Counted from the first letter of the stretch, positions 15,895-29,849 are shown. The stretch is 64,000 nt of DNA from the human T2T-CHM13v2.0 reference genome, Homo sapiens (GCF_009914755.1 NC_060937.1); one strand, 5' to 3'. A program made the numbers and translations. Notes: generated from the letters alone by a model not told the origin.

Positions 15895-17564
15895 TGAGTA
15901 AGACCAAAAGCACAGGCAACAAAAACAAAAGTAGCCAAAGACAAATAAGACTGTTTTAAACTAAAAAGCTTCTTAACAAAGGAAAAAACAGTGAAGATAC
16001 AATGCGTAAAATGGGAGGAAATATTTGCAATCTATATATCTGATAACATCCAGAATATACAAGGGGCTTAAACAGCTCTACAACAATAATAAGAATAATC
16101 CTATTTAAAAATGGGCAAAGGATCTGAATAGACATTTTTCAAAAGAAGAGATACAAATGGCCAGCAGGTATATGAAGAAATGCTCAACATTACTAATCAC
16201 CAGAGAAATGAAAATCAAACCACAATGAGATATCATCTCACCCCAGTTAGAGTGGCTATTATCAAAAAGACAAAAACATGAAAAATGCTGTTGAAGATGT
16301 AGAAAAAAAGAGGACTCTCATACATTGTTGGTTGGAATGTAAATTAGTACAGCCATTATGGAAAACAGTATGTTGTTTCCTCAAAAAACTGAAAATAGAA
16401 GTACAATATGATCCAGCAACCCCACTACTGGGTATTTATCCAAAAGATAGAAAATCAGCTTATTGAAGAGCTATCTGCACCCCCATGTTATTGCTGCACT
16501 TTCATAGTAGCCAAGATATGGAGTCAACCTAAGTGCCTATCAACAGGTGAATAGATGGAAGAAAATGTGATATATATATATATATATATGCACACACACA
16601 CACATACAAAGACATTGGAATATTATTCAGCCATAAAAAAAGAAAGGAATTCTATCATTTGTGACAACATGGATGAGCCTGGAGGACATTATGTTAAGTC
16701 AGGCAAGAGAGAGAAATACTCTCAGGCATGTTCTCATTCATAGGTAGATGTTAACAAAGTTGAACTGATAGAAGTAGAGAGTGGAATTGTGGCTATTTGA
16801 GGCTGGGAAGGGAGGGAGAGAGGATACAGAGAGGTTGATTAGTGGATAGAAAATCACAATTGATAGGAGAAATAAGTTGTAGTGTTATATAGCACTGTCA
16901 GGTGAGTAAAGCTAGAATAATTTAGTGGGTAGTTTTAAATATCTGGAACAGAGGATTTTTAATTTTCCCAACATACACAAAGAAACAATTTGAAATGATA
17001 TGCTAATTATGCTAAAATTGGATCATAACACATTGTATACTTTGTCAAAGGTTTACTTCATACTCCACAAATATGTACAATTATTACATGTCAATTACAA
17101 ATAAAATTAAGAAAAAAAAAAAACCTGAGGAGTAACTGGTAAATCTCTTGTGGGTCAAGCAGATCCTAACTGAATGGCTAAAGCAGGGCTCTGCTTCTTT
17201 GGAACCCATAAACTCAGGGTTGTCCCAGGGAGAAAGTAGAGAAACTCTGTACTTAGAGATCTATATGGAAGTATTAGTGATAGGCAAGTCTCTTCATATT
17301 TTAGATATTGCCTAAAATGCAGAGGGATTTGCTATTCTTCAAACCTGGAAGACAGAGGTCTCCCGAAAAGAATGTGGGACTTAGATCTTTGATTAGAAAC
17401 ATAAGCAGATAATAATTATTTGAAATTGTTGCTCACAAAAAAGCTTCCAAAGACAAGAAATGATTTTTAAGTAGCACTACATGTCCAAGGAAATTATGTG
17501 GAGCAATTGAATTCAAACCATCTCCTCAAGAAAAAACTGTGGTCCAGAATGATGTGATTTATTT

Positions 17565-18085
17565 TCTAGGCCTCTCTTCCTAAGCTCATCTCTTAAATTA
17601 CGGTATTTTTCAGATGTGTATCCTCGACCCACTGTTCTCATGCTGTGAACCCTTCCAGAGTGATCTCATTTCCTTTCATGATTTCAGTTCCTGATGACTT
17701 AAATTCTCTATCTTTATCCTTGACATTTCCCACAGATTCATCCATCTGTCTCCCATAGCATTATCTTAAAATCTCAGACTCAGCTTTTATAAAATAGTAA
17801 TTAGTCCCACCACCACATCTCCTTCACCCCTGCCATCTGCCCAACTTCTTCATTATTATTATTTTCCTATCTTTATTGTGTTTAGAACTACTGACAACCA
17901 CTTTACCCAGGCAAAAACCATCAACTGAGACTTTCTTCTCTTTATCCCAATATCCAATACATTTTTGTGAATTTTAACTCCTGACTATTTTTCAATCCTG
18001 CTTTCCTTTTTCTATCATGCTGCCCTTGTTTTAATTCAGGTCACTATTCTCTTTATTCTAAATTACTATAACTTCTTAACTGGTC
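17565..18085 (+). mobile_element. Degraded L2 fragment
   Basis: gtgatctcatttcc...ctgatgacttaaattctctatc...attactataacttcttaactggtct resembles the L2 ORF2 3' half. Confidence 0.6.
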
Positions 18086-18087
18086 TA

Positions 18088-18640
18088 TGTCAATCAGAAT
18101 TTGCATTGTAAGCAATAGAACATGATTTTGGTTAGCTCAAGCAGAAGAGAATGTTTCACCAGGTTTGGGAATACTTATAGAATCAACAAGATAGTTGGAC
18201 AGCGAGACTCATAAGCTGTGACAGAACCAATGAAGTCTGGTTAGCTGGGGCCACAGCCATTGTGATTCATCAGAACCATCTGCTTAGGACACCACCACTA
18301 GCACCGGCACTGCTGAAAAATATCCCATTCCCACCTGTGGCTCTGCTGACACTTCACCCTCTGGACGGTGTTATTGGTGAGTGAAACAGCTAAATGTTCT
18401 TTCACCTTATTTACTACTCCAGATTCAAAGTCCTGAGTACTTGTATCAAATTGTCTGAACCTAAATTGTATGCTCATGCCTTAGGTACTAGAGGATGGGG
18501 AAGGAAAAAAATCTGTTCTCTTTCAATTACTTTGATGGAAAGTACAGCCTGCCTTCTCCAAGCTCTGCACAACAGGCCATTTTCTTTTAAGTTGGAAATA
18601 CTGAAAAATTGGGCAATTAAAACAATAATAATAAAATGAA
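18088..18640 (-). mobile_element. Old MLT1 (K/L/N-type) MaLR LTR
   Basis: tgtcaatcag...ttgtaagcaatagaa...ttagctcaagcagaag and ttcaaagtcctg...gaacctaaattgtatgc. Confidence 0.6.
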
Positions 18641-18699
18641 ATGTCCAATAGGTGGTCTTTTCTTTCAGTCATTTTCCCTCTAATCATTTTTCTGCATAG

Positions 18700-19120
18700 A
18701 AACCAAGAAGAAATAAGGCAGAAGTAATTATCAGGAAGCTGCTGCAGAGACCCAGGCAAGAAATGATGTTCTCCTAAAGTAGAGTTGTGACAGAAGAGTC
18801 TGGAGAAATAGGCAGATCTGAGAGGGATCTAGGAACTAGAATTAATAGTGATTCAATCTATAGACGTGTGACCTGACAGGTACAGGGATATGAAGATTGG
18901 GGTTGACTTTTCTTCCTCAAGCAATTAAGAAATGAGAGACTCTTAGTTTTATATGTATGTAATTTCTGGGCTTGTGAAGGTGTTAGGTAAGTAGGTGGCT
19001 ATATGATTTGGTGCTCAGAGGACAGAGCATTACTGGAGATGTGTCTATGTGAGACACTAACATACAGTTGATCATTAAAGTGGTAGGAGATGTTGAGATC
19101 ACGCAGGGAAGGTACACAAA
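18700..19120 (-). mobile_element. Degraded L2 fragment
   Basis: gtaggtggctatatg...ctggagatg...ttgagatcacgcagggaag is L2 antisense-like. Confidence 0.5.
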
Positions 19121-19269
19121 GTAATAATACCCAACTCCAATGAAGCTCAAACATAAAGGTTCAGTCCCCTCTCATGCCTCCTTGTGGCAGACATTCAGAG
19201 ACATTTGGACCATGTCAGACGTCAATTCTTAAAGGATTAGCACTTGGTTTATTGCTCCTCTCGTGAACG

Positions 19270-19425
19270 TGAATCTTACCAAATTCTTGGTATCTTCAGT
19301 ATGCTTCTGTTGAGTGTATTTCCATTACTCTGGTCACTCAAATTCTGAACCTCCTCATTTCCAAAGATCTTATTCTTCACTCCAGCTCAGCCACCCACTT
19401 TCCATGGCCAGACCCGAGACTACTG
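19270..19425 (+). mobile_element. L2 endonuclease-region fragment
   Basis: cacctcagccaccca-like motif tccagctcagccacccactttccatggccagacc. Confidence 0.5.
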
Positions 19426-19782
19426 TTTTTTAATCACATTTTAGCAGATCATGAATCAATGAAGTTGTCACAAACAGCATTTCTTCTCAATGAAATGTAA
19501 TAGAAAATATCGTCATGCTTAACATATGCTTAGATATAAGCTGGGTTATGTATTGATCATATCTGATTGTACACAAGATTTATAACTGTTCACATTTGGA
19601 AAAGGCCAATTGAAAGCAAGATGGCAAGTTTGGATGGTATTATTTTGAATTTCTTAGTGAATTAAAAAAACACAATCTTCAGAAATGAGACAAGGACAAA
19701 AATGATGTCTTTGGGCAAAGGGGAATGAAGTTCAGTTCTCAGATATTATTTCTACTGCTCTCTCTTCTTCCTGCATGATTAG

Positions 19783-20086
<304 letters not shown>

Positions 20087-20232
20087 TAGTTTTTCTTATC
20101 TACAAGATTATTCTCATCTACATACAAGATAGTATAATATCATCTGTCTGAAAAAGGAAATGCCCAAGTTACTCCACATCCTATTTCAATTTGCTTCATT
20201 TCTTCCTTTCTTTTTTTTTTTTTTTTTTTTCC

Positions 20233-20858
20233 TTCTGGGGCTCAGAAAACAGTATTTCAAAAGGAAGACCTCAGCAGCAGCCTCAGAGGCAAGTTTTTCT
20301 CGGACCTCCTTCTGCCTTCCTGTCTCTCAGTCCCATTCTCCCTGGAGGCTAGCTATAGAAACTAGAATCCCTCTTCCCCAAAGCAGGGCATAGAAATCAA
20401 AACTCTTTCTCCCCGAAGTTAGTTATAAAACATAAAAATATTTCTCTAATTTTCCCTCTGCCTTTCTGTGTAAAAACTTACCATAAATAATTGTCTGACC
20501 TACCTTGTTTGGAGTGTACATCATAAGACCCCCATTCCAGAGATAATCCTGCCCCATACTCTGAAGGAGGGAATACATGCTCAGAGAGGCCAAGAAGGAT
20601 CTAGACACACAGGCCTTGCTGAATTTCCCCACTTGGTCTATTAGCATTAGGTCATACCCTCTCTGTGAAATCCTATTTCTACATGGCTGTCCATACTTTG
20701 CCAAACCTAAGCATAAAATAAACAATTTCCCATGTATCTTTGGGTCTTCATTCTAAAGGCTCTCACATGTACATGTCAAATAAGTTTGTGTGCCTTTTCT
20801 TCTATTAATCTGACTTTTCCAAGTTAATTTTTCATTGAATCTTTAGAGAGCCTCTACA
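20233..20858 (+). mobile_element. MER39-family ERV1 solo LTR
   Basis: tggggctcagaaaac...cagcctcagaggcaagtttttctc...gctagctatagaaactagaatccctcttcccc; ends ctaca. Confidence 0.8.
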
Positions 20859-20899
20859 GTTTCTATTTATAGAAAATTTTCCTTAAAGAATTTTCTGTA

Positions 20900-21340
20900 C
20901 TCATTATTTCATTTCTTTCTTTCCTTGTAGCTTCTTGTGCCCATTGCAGATTCTCATTTCCAACATTCCACCAAAACTGCTCTTATTAACCTCTGTTTTA
21001 CACACTCAATGCCATTTGATCATACTTGATTCTTCAACAATGTTTGACAGTGTTGATCATCATCTTCTTTTTAAAACTCTTTCCTCACTTAACCCTGACT
21101 CTTTATCACCCTTTGTTCTTCTCATACTTCACTGGCCACTCCTCTCTAGCATTTTACTGTGTTAACCACGTTATTTAACTTAAAATAGAGCTTCCGTTGG
21201 CTACTGTGTTCTGGTTTACTTGCCCCCTCTTTGGAGACTACTCAATACTTCATACAAGGTTCTCTTAATTTTATTTCCTCAGCCCCAAATATCATGATTT
21301 CTTCAGGGATTCCTGCTTGGATCTATTTTTTATTCTTTAA
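20900..21340 (+). mobile_element. L2 RT-region fragment
   Basis: ccaccaaaactgctctt...cttgattcttcaacaatgtttgacagtgttgatcat; the ORF reads LDSSTMFDSVDHHLL, like L2 LDLSAAFDTVDH. Confidence 0.7.
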
Positions 21341-21341
21341 T

Positions 21342-22420
21342 TTATTCATTTAACAAATATACAGCGAGGGTTTATTATGGATGGACTATCATGAGCTGAA
21401 ATGTAGCAGTGAACCAAATAAGGAGAATTTGTTTGCATGAAGTACAATGCAGTGGGAGTAAACAAAAAATATACACATAAGCAAAAAAAAAATATAGAGG
21501 TAAATGGGAAGAAGAAAAATAAAGCATGATGAGAGGGTACAAAATGACTCAATAGGGAGACAATTTTAGGTAGGAATCTGGGAAGTTTTTGAAAGAAGTT
21601 AGGAAAAGTTGTAGGTTGTAATTTGAAAATGAGCATTTCAGGAAGTGAAAACAGCAATGTGCAAAAAGCCTCAAGTAGGAGGATGCCTGGTATGTATAAG
21701 AAAAACCAAGTAAGCCAGTGTATCTGAAGTGGAAAGAGAGAGAGGGCAGTAGGATTGGAGGTGAGCAAGGAAACAGGACTGGATCAAGGAAAGCCTTGTG
21801 ATTCATGGTAGAAACTTAAGATTCTATTCTGAGTGAGATGTAAAACTGTAAGAGTTTTAATCAGCAAGGATCTATGCCTTAAAGGTTTAACTTTGTTAAG
21901 TGGAGACTGAATGGCTTCAGTGAAAGTTGGGAAGGAGAGGATGGAAACAGAGAGGCCAATTAAAGGGTTATTGATACTGGCCCTGAGAGAAGAGATGATA
22001 GTCTGCACTAGGGTGGTGGTGGGAAGATGTTGGGAACCGAGCAAATTCTGGATATACTTTAATAATAGAGCTTATAGGATATCTGAATGGTTGGGATGTG
22101 AAGTCTAAAAATAAGAAGGAAGTCAAGGATAACCAAGTTTTGGGGCTGAGCAACTGATAGAATGGAGCTACCATTATCTGAGATGAAGATGACTGGGGGG
22201 TGAGCAGGTAGTGGGAAGGTGTTGAGGTAATCAAATATTTGGGTTTGCTCATTTAAAGTTTCATTTACCTTTAGTCATTCAAGTGTATATGTCAAATAAG
22301 TAAGCGGGTATATGTTCCTGGGGTTTAGGGGAGGAATACAAATGTCTAGAAATAGATATTTGGCTATTATCAGATGATACTTGAAGTCATGCAACTAGAT
22401 GAGAATAACCCAGGATGAGA
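21342..22420 (-). mobile_element. L2 (L2a-like) 3' ~1.1 kb
   Basis: Tail ttcatttaacaaatat; ORF 21784..22044(-) TTTLVQTIISSL...LIGL resembles L2 TTLVQATIISRLDYCNSLLTGL. Confidence 0.8.
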
Positions 22421-24579
22421 GAGTGTTTGGTACAGAATTAATAAGGAAAACCTATTATATACAACATTTTCTGGCAGGGGTGACCCCACTTAATTCAGCA
22501 CTCTTCACTCTCAATTCACCTCTTTTTTGTCTTGAGCTCCAGCAATGTCAGCCATGTTACTGTCATTGATAATACAGCATGGTCAGTGTGGAGCCCCTGA
22601 CACTGAGTAGGCATTGGAGCTAAGACTAATGGAATATCGGAAATATTCTAGTTCAGGAGAAAATAAAATGCACTTTGTTGCCAAGAGTAAAAGGCTACCT
22701 TTAACAAGCCAGAACTTTGTCATGGCATATTGCCAAATTTTTTTAGCAGGTGCCCTGCCAAGAAGGGAGTGGGAGGACAAAAACTATCAACAATGCAGGG
22801 TCATGTTTGAGTCTTCCTGGAATGTCCACCTCTGTGGTAATGCTTGCAGGATTATCAGGCTAGGCTGGACTCATGGTAAATGAGCATATCCTGCTCATTG
22901 GTGGATCTTTTTATTATAAGAAAAGAGAATCATGTGAGGAATATGTGGGAATTGGAGCCTGGAATTATGTACTTTTGGTTTTCTCCACTTTGTCTTGTGG
23001 CAGCATTAAGTCTCCTCCTTTCATTGCTGTTCCTGTGTTGCCTTTGGCTAGCATCCTTTCTGAGGTCGTGTGTCTTCTGGATTCTGACAGTTGGTGCAAG
23101 GGGCCGGTTTCTATGTCAGCAGTGTGAGTAGGATCATGCCTGTTGGCATGAATATTATGGAGATGTCAGCTGAAAGAATCATACTTGTTATTTTGAGGTT
23201 TGGAGTCAAATCCCTACTCATCATCTTCTCAAAGATTATAATAGTACATGTGCATTTTGGGAAAAGAATATGTTTTTATAAATTTTAAGAAGTGATAAAA
23301 CACAACAAACAGTAAAAACTGAGAGTTTTGAAGGAAGATATGTCACATAAAGAAACCAATGATCTGAAATATATAATTATGAACTTCCAAATCAACCAAC
23401 CACATTTGGGGAATATTTTTCAGTTTGTTGAACTGTTTGGTGAGTGGGGTGTTAAATTTTATGTGGTGATTTGTACCTATAAAAAGATGCAGTCATAACA
23501 ATGATTTATGTAAAAGAGTGATTTTGGGGCCAATAATGTTAATTTTAGGTAGTACCAAGGTTCTAGAGGAAGCCAGTGATACCAGTTTTGGAGTATGTGC
23601 CATTCAGAAAGTTGCTTAAGTAGTAGGGAAAGCTCAAGCAGTAATATTATCCACTAATAACTTGAGTGTCAACTATCAATTTGCTTTTTGGTGAATACAA
23701 TTGTTAGGGATTGGCAGAAAAAAGAATTGTTCAACATTTTAATCTTGTTCATAATTTAAAGGCTCAAAGCCTGCATAAAGATGGGTAATGTGGAGCCTAC
23801 ATTCTGGAAGGCTGTTGTGAAGCCTGCCAATGTTGTCAAGTTTCAGGATAATGAGAATAAACAATGGAAGCAATATAGTTGAACACCATTATTTTCCCTC
23901 ACAGACCTTTTCAGCTGAAAGAAATTTGGTCATTCAGGAAGAGAATGGCTGCCATTCTTCATTTCCTCATCATTATTCTAATTGAAAATTTGAGTTATTA
24001 CCTTTAGAGAATAATCAAGAATTTATTCAAAGTGAATTTTTATAAACTCCTCAGTGCTCATAACTCACATGCAGAGATCTTAGAATTAGATGTCTTCCAT
24101 GGTTTTGACACTCCGAAAACATTAATCATCTGTGTTTTCTTTTTAAGGGCTCATTTATGGATAGGTTCTTGGCAGTATTACTGACTTGATTTGCTCAGGT
24201 ACACATATGCCCCTTAACTAACTGCATAGAATTATACCTATTCCTAAATTACACCAAGAAATTCAGTGTCACTCCTTGAGCAAAACTTGCTTCACCTACC
24301 TCTGAAATGCACAAGAGGAATGTTTTTCTCTGAAACAGAGAAAAAGAACTACAGAATCTGAACAATTCACAGTTGCTGTTGATTCTGTTGCTGTTCTACG
24401 GACTTTATGTCTTCAGTGATACACTGGCTGTCTTCCAGCTCTGCCTAGGTCACGGTCATGCCCACACACACTTTAACACACAAACTCTAAAAATTCTCAC
24501 ACTTGTTTATTTTTTGTTGCTAAAGAGTGGTTACTATATGAGTAAAGGGTTTTAGTTTAAAGGCCACATACAAATGGAA

Positions 24580-25115
24580 GAAATAAATTAATTGAAATGA
24601 TATTGCAAATCCCAGAATTACTGGGAAGGCAGAATAAATAGGTTTCGATTTAATGCAGCAAGAGTCACAACAACAAGAACAACAACAGCAAAACACATCA
24701 TGTAACTGGTCTGGAGAAAATAGCAGTTGGTACACTGCCGAGAACTACGCCTTCAGGTGTGTCTTGCCTGCACTATTGCTGGTAATTCCTGAATTTGGCT
24801 CCTGAATTTCAGCCTACTGTCCCTGAAAAGCAGATACTATGCCATCACCACTATCAGCAGAGCACATTTTCAACTATCTTTTCTTTTTGTCATTAGTTCT
24901 TTATTTATAATACAGGCTGGGTACATCTGAGAGATGCTGTGGAAATGTGCCTGTCCCCTAGCTGCAAGAAAGTCTGGGATAGCGAGTATATACCACCTTT
25001 TGCTTCTGCAGTAGGATATACCTCCCATCAAGATCTGTAAGTTGTGAATGTCTCTAAATTTAAGGAGGAAGATCAGATGCTAGGCACCCCCCAAAAATGA
25101 CAAATGTCTATGATA
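24580..25115 (-). mobile_element. Old MLT1-type MaLR LTR
   Basis: cctagctgcaagaaagtctggga...cttttgcttctgcagtag...aatgacaaatgtcta. Confidence 0.55.
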
Positions 25116-25194
25116 GGATACCACTCTTTGGCTGCCTAAAATCGTAACATATTTCTTTCTACATGTATACTTCGATTTTTTCAGATGTCATAGT

Positions 25195-25366
25195 AAAATG
25201 ATCTCATAATAGACATTGGAGACTATGAACGGTGAGAGCATGGGAAGGGGGGTGAAAATTGAAAAACTACCTAATCGGCACAATGTTCACTATTTGAGTG
25301 ATGGGTACACTGAATGCCCAGACTTCACCACTACATAATATATGTATGTAAGAAACCTGTACTTGT
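25195..25366 (+). mobile_element. L1PB/L1MA1-type 3'UTR fragment (host; resumes 27075-27140)
   Basis: gacattggagact...aaaaactaccta...gtgatgggtacactgaatgcccagacttcaccact. Confidence 0.8.
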
Positions 25367-27074
25367 GGATGTGAAGGTCCTCTTCAAGGAGAACTACAAA
25401 CCACTGCCTAAGGAAATAAAAGAGGACACAAACAAATGGAAGAACATTCCATGCTCATGGATAGGAAGAATCAATATCATGAAAATGACCATACTGCCCA
25501 AGGTAATTTATAGATTCAATGCTGTCCCCATCAAGCTACCACTGACTTTATTCACAGAATTGGGAAAAACTCCTTTAAAGTTCATACAGAACCAAAAAAG
25601 AGCCCTCATAGCCAACAGAATCCTAAGCAAAAAGGACAAAGCTGGAGGCATCACGCTACCTGACACCAAACTATACTACAAGGCTACAGTAACCAAAACA
25701 GCATGGTACTGGTACCAAAACAGAGATATAGACCAATGGAAAAGAACAGAACCCTCAGAAATAACACCACACGTCTACAACCATCTGATCTTTGACAAAC
25801 CTGACAAAAACAAACCATGGGGAAAGGATTCCCTATTTAATAAATGATGCTGGGAAAACTGGCTAGCCATATGTAGAAAGCAAAAACTGGATCCCTTCCT
25901 TACACCTCATACAAAAATTAATTCAAGATGGATTAAAGACTTAAATGTAAGACCTAAAAACCATAAAAACCTTATAAGAAAACCTAGGCAATACCATTCA
26001 GGACATAGGCATGGGCAAAGACTTCATGACTAACGCACCAAAAGCAATGGCAACAAAAGCCAAAGTAGACAAGTGGGATCTAGTTCAACTAAAGAGCTTC
26101 TGCACAGCAAAAGATACTACCATCAGAGTGAACAGGCAACCTACAGAATGGGAGAAAATTTTTGCAATCTACTCATATGACAAAGGGCTAATATCCATAA
26201 TCTACAAAGAACTTAAACAAATTTACAAGAAAAAAATAACCCCATCAAAAAGTGGGCAAAGGATATGAACAGACACTTCTCAAAAGAAGATATTTATGCA
26301 GCCAACAGACATATGGAAAAATGCTCATCATCACTGGTCATTAGAGAAATGCAAATCAAAACCACAATGAGATACCATCTCACACCAGTTAGAATGGCGA
26401 TCATTAAAAAGCCAGGAAACAACAGGTGCTGGAGAGAATGTGGAGAAATAGGAACACTTCACACTGTTGGTGAGAGTATAAATTAGTTCAACCATTGTGG
26501 AAGACAGTGTGGCAATTCCTCAAGGATCTAGAACTAGAAATACCATTTGACCCAGCTATGCCATTACCAGGTATATACTCAAAGTATTATAAATCATGCT
26601 ACTATAAAGACGCATGCACACATATGTTTATTGCAGCACTATTCACAATAGCAAAGACTTGGAACCCACCCAAATGTCCATCAGTGATAGACTAGATTAA
26701 GAAAATGTGGCATATACACCATGGGATACTATGCATTCATAAAAAAGGATTAGGTCATGACCTTTGCAGGGACATGGATGAAGCTGGAAACCATCGTTCT
26801 CAGCAAACTATCACAAGGACAGAAAAACCAAACACCACATGTTCTCACTCATAGGTGGGAGTTGAACAATGAGAACACATGGACAGAGGGTGGGGAACAT
26901 CACACACCAGGGCATGTCAGGGGGTGGCAGACGGGGGGAGGGATAGCATTAGGAGAAATACCTAATGTAAATGACGAGTTGATGTGTGCAGAACACCAAC
27001 ATGGCACATGTATACATATGTAACAAACCTGCACACTGTGCACATGTACCTAAAACTTAAAGTATATATAAAAA
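25367..27074 (+). mobile_element. 5'-truncated L1PA (PA6/7-like), 1.7 kb
   Basis: Well-preserved ORF2 C-terminus ([30 protein letters not shown]; [13 protein letters not shown]). 3'UTR ggagaaatacctaatgtaaatgacgagttgatg. 17-bp TSD AAGAAACCTGYACYTGT at 25350 and 27075. Confidence 0.96.
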
Positions 27075-27519
27075 AAGAAACCTGCACCTGTGCCCCTTAA
27101 ATACAGAAAAATAGTTTTTAAGAAAGAAAAAAATACAAAAAAATTCCATATAAGTCTGAGGCTGTACTCCCAGCTTACCAAAAGGGAGATAACACCAATC
27201 CTATCAGTTGTCGATTGGCCCAGGCCACCCTCTCTGAGTAATAGCAATTCCTCCCCTTGTTCTGCTGTGACCCTGACCAGAGAGTCTTTCAACTATGGAT
27301 TTCATTGTGAAGTTAATTGTATAAAATAGTGAGGAAGAGGGAACTGAGAGTTGGAAGACTAGTTAAAGTTACGTTAGTTAAGCTATAAGCATATGTGTGA
27401 TACTGAGAGGAAGATTTAAAAAAAAATTCACTGAGGTGGGTTCACAGAGACCCCCTTTCACTTCCATTTGATTTTTTTCCTTTCATCCAGCTCCATCTTA
27501 TACATGCATGAAACAAGTC

Positions 27520-28320
27520 TTATTGATAAGGCTTTCTCAGTTTATCACAGCCTTTTTTACATTTCCTTTCCCCCATAGCCATTATCTTGGATCCAGATAT
27601 TGGAGAACCTCTATATTGCCCAGACATTTTCTTTTTCCTTTCTCCTCCACAAATTCTTTTTATAAAAGCTAGTTATCTTTAAAAATGCACATGTAACTCT
27701 CTCTCTCTCAGCTTCCAGTGATTTGTAATTACCCTTTTGAGAAAGTCGAGCGCTCTCAGCATGGCTTAGAATATCTTCCCAGTTTGACCGCTGCCTTCCC
27801 CAGCCTCATCTCCCATGTCTCTCTTTCTTTGTGCTCCAGTTACATTCCTATGTCAGTTTCTCAGAAACTCCATTCTCTTTCCAGCCTCAGGGCCTTGCCG
27901 TAACCTTTCCTTTACTTTGAAATATTCTTGCCAATGCCTTCTCATTCTCCAATTTCTGGAGTCTCAGCTGAATTTCAGATCTTCAGGTCTTCATCATACA
28001 TGCCTCTTCTAAGCCCAAACAAGCAAGGTGGCCATGTCTGCTGCTCTTTATACCACTTATTGTCATGGGCATGACTTCTATTGCTATTAGGTTGGCGCGA
28101 AAGCAGTCACTGCTTTTGCCATTGAAAGTAATGGCAAAAACCGCAATCACTTTTGCAACAACCTAATATTTGCTAAGTGCCTGTCTTGCTCCATTGCTCC
28201 AAAAGGAAATGGGCAGTGTCAGCCTGTGCACTGCTGCCTCCTCAGTGCCTGGGATACCTGTGACCTGACACAAGGGAGGCACCCAGCAAGTAATTGCTGA
28301 ACAAATGAGTATGGGAAGAG
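27520..28320 (+). mobile_element. L2 3' region, interrupted by MADE1
   Basis: ccagcctcatctccc...gcctcagggccttg...cagtgcctgg...ggaggcacccagcaagtaattgctgaacaaatga. Confidence 0.65.
28087..28166. mobile_element. MADE1 MITE (Hsmar1 non-autonomous mariner element), 80 bp
   Basis: TTAGGTTGG...CAACCTAA inverted termini, central TTTTGCCATTGAAAGTAATGGCAAAA hairpin, and TA duplicated at 28085-86 and 28167-68. Confidence 0.95.
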
Positions 28321-29380
28321 GTTCTGCCTTGGTCATTATCAGGCCAGGCATTATGTTTTCAGGTTTCCATTTTCTCATGATAAAACTTCTTCATAAGAGG
28401 AAATCATCCTCTGATTTCTCAGGTAATTGAGGTTTGAAGGTACGAATGGGAAGGTATGAATTCTGTTTGCATTAAGGAATGAAGCTCATTTTGCTGTGGA
28501 GAGGTAGAATCGTTTTGCAAGAGGCCAAAATATCATTTGTTTCCCAGCACTAAACTTTGGCAAGAATAGTTCTCTGCTAATTCAAGTGACCAAGAATTTA
28601 TGCAATTTCCTCTGAAGAAAATTATCCTTTTGAGAGCAGGAAGAAATATTTTACCCCCCTCACTGAAAGTTAATCGTTTTACCAGGATCTGTTTCTTCTT
28701 GCACCTGATTTTCTTCTTTCTTACACAATCAACTGTATCTGCTTTGTATAAATCTCTTGAATTTAAAAATTTGCCTTTCAGATGCCTGGTGTCCTAGGAT
28801 GTGTATATTGAATCACCAGAAATAATTCAGTGACATATTATGCTAGCTTATTTCATACATATTTCCAACTTATGACTCATTGGTTTGAAGAGGACAAATG
28901 TGAACTAAGAGAAAACAGAGGACTTGATGTACTTGTGCCTGAGAGGATGAATCACTGTGCTGCTGGCGAAGGATCCTGGGTCAGAGTTGTCTGTCTCATG
29001 GGTTTGAATGACCCTCAGTGTTCTCTGTCCTGGCCCCACTCATGAACTCACATGCAACCTCACACAAACACACATCCAAAACACCACTCGCTTCTTACTT
29101 TGGAAGCCCCACAAAACTATTTCAGGCTGGAAGGCATGCATATAATAAAGAAAGTGGTTGTCTTGGAGGCTACAACTTGATAAAGGAACACGTCAGAGAG
29201 ACCCAAAATGTTCACAGTGGCATTTTCATTCTCAGTGTTCAAGGAGTTGTATTTTCCACTCTCTCTCCACCATCTGTTTTTCTTACTATAGCAAATGTCA
29301 TTTCCTATGGCGTTTAGCAGAATATGAAATGGGATTGTTTTCTAGTGAATTTTGATGCAGTTTTATGATTTTCCTTAGAG

Positions 29381-29498
29381 CCTGCCTGCCTGCTTTCTTT
29401 CTCTCCTTCCTTCCTTCCTTCTTTCCTTCCTTCCTTCTGTCCGTCCGTCCATCCATCTTTCCTTTCTCCCTTCCTTCCTTCTTTCCATCCTTCCTTTC
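29381..29498. repeat. (CTTC)n-type compound pyrimidine microsatellite
   Basis: cctgcctgcctg...ccttccttccttc...gtccgtcc...ccttcc. Confidence 0.9.
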
Positions 29499-29849
29499 AT
29501 TTTACTAAAAAAAGTAGAAGTAGCTTTAACAGTACATTGATCAGACCAACTTTAAAATAACTCCTGTAGATTTGCCTCTAAACCTGGTTTGAAATTTGTG
29601 ATAAGACAAAGTTCTTAAATATGTTAATTTTTAATCTGTTTATAACAAGCACAAATTCCCAAAGCGGTGTAAAGCTGTTAAGCAGTAAATTCCCATTAAA
29701 GTGACAAGCTAAGGATTTAACTTAATTGAAGGGGGAATGTGTATGTGGTTTTGTGTATGGAGGTAGAGAGGTGTGTGCCTGTGTGTCTGTAAAAGTAGTA
29801 AAGGAGGATACAAGGTAGAGGAAAGAGCAAAAGAGGAGAATTCAGGAAA

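Noticed and set aside
22750-22875. Possible cassette exon (ttttttagcag|GTGCCC ... CATG|gtaaat)
   Set aside because: Splice-like motifs of this strength are common by chance; there is no recognisable coding content or transcript evidence
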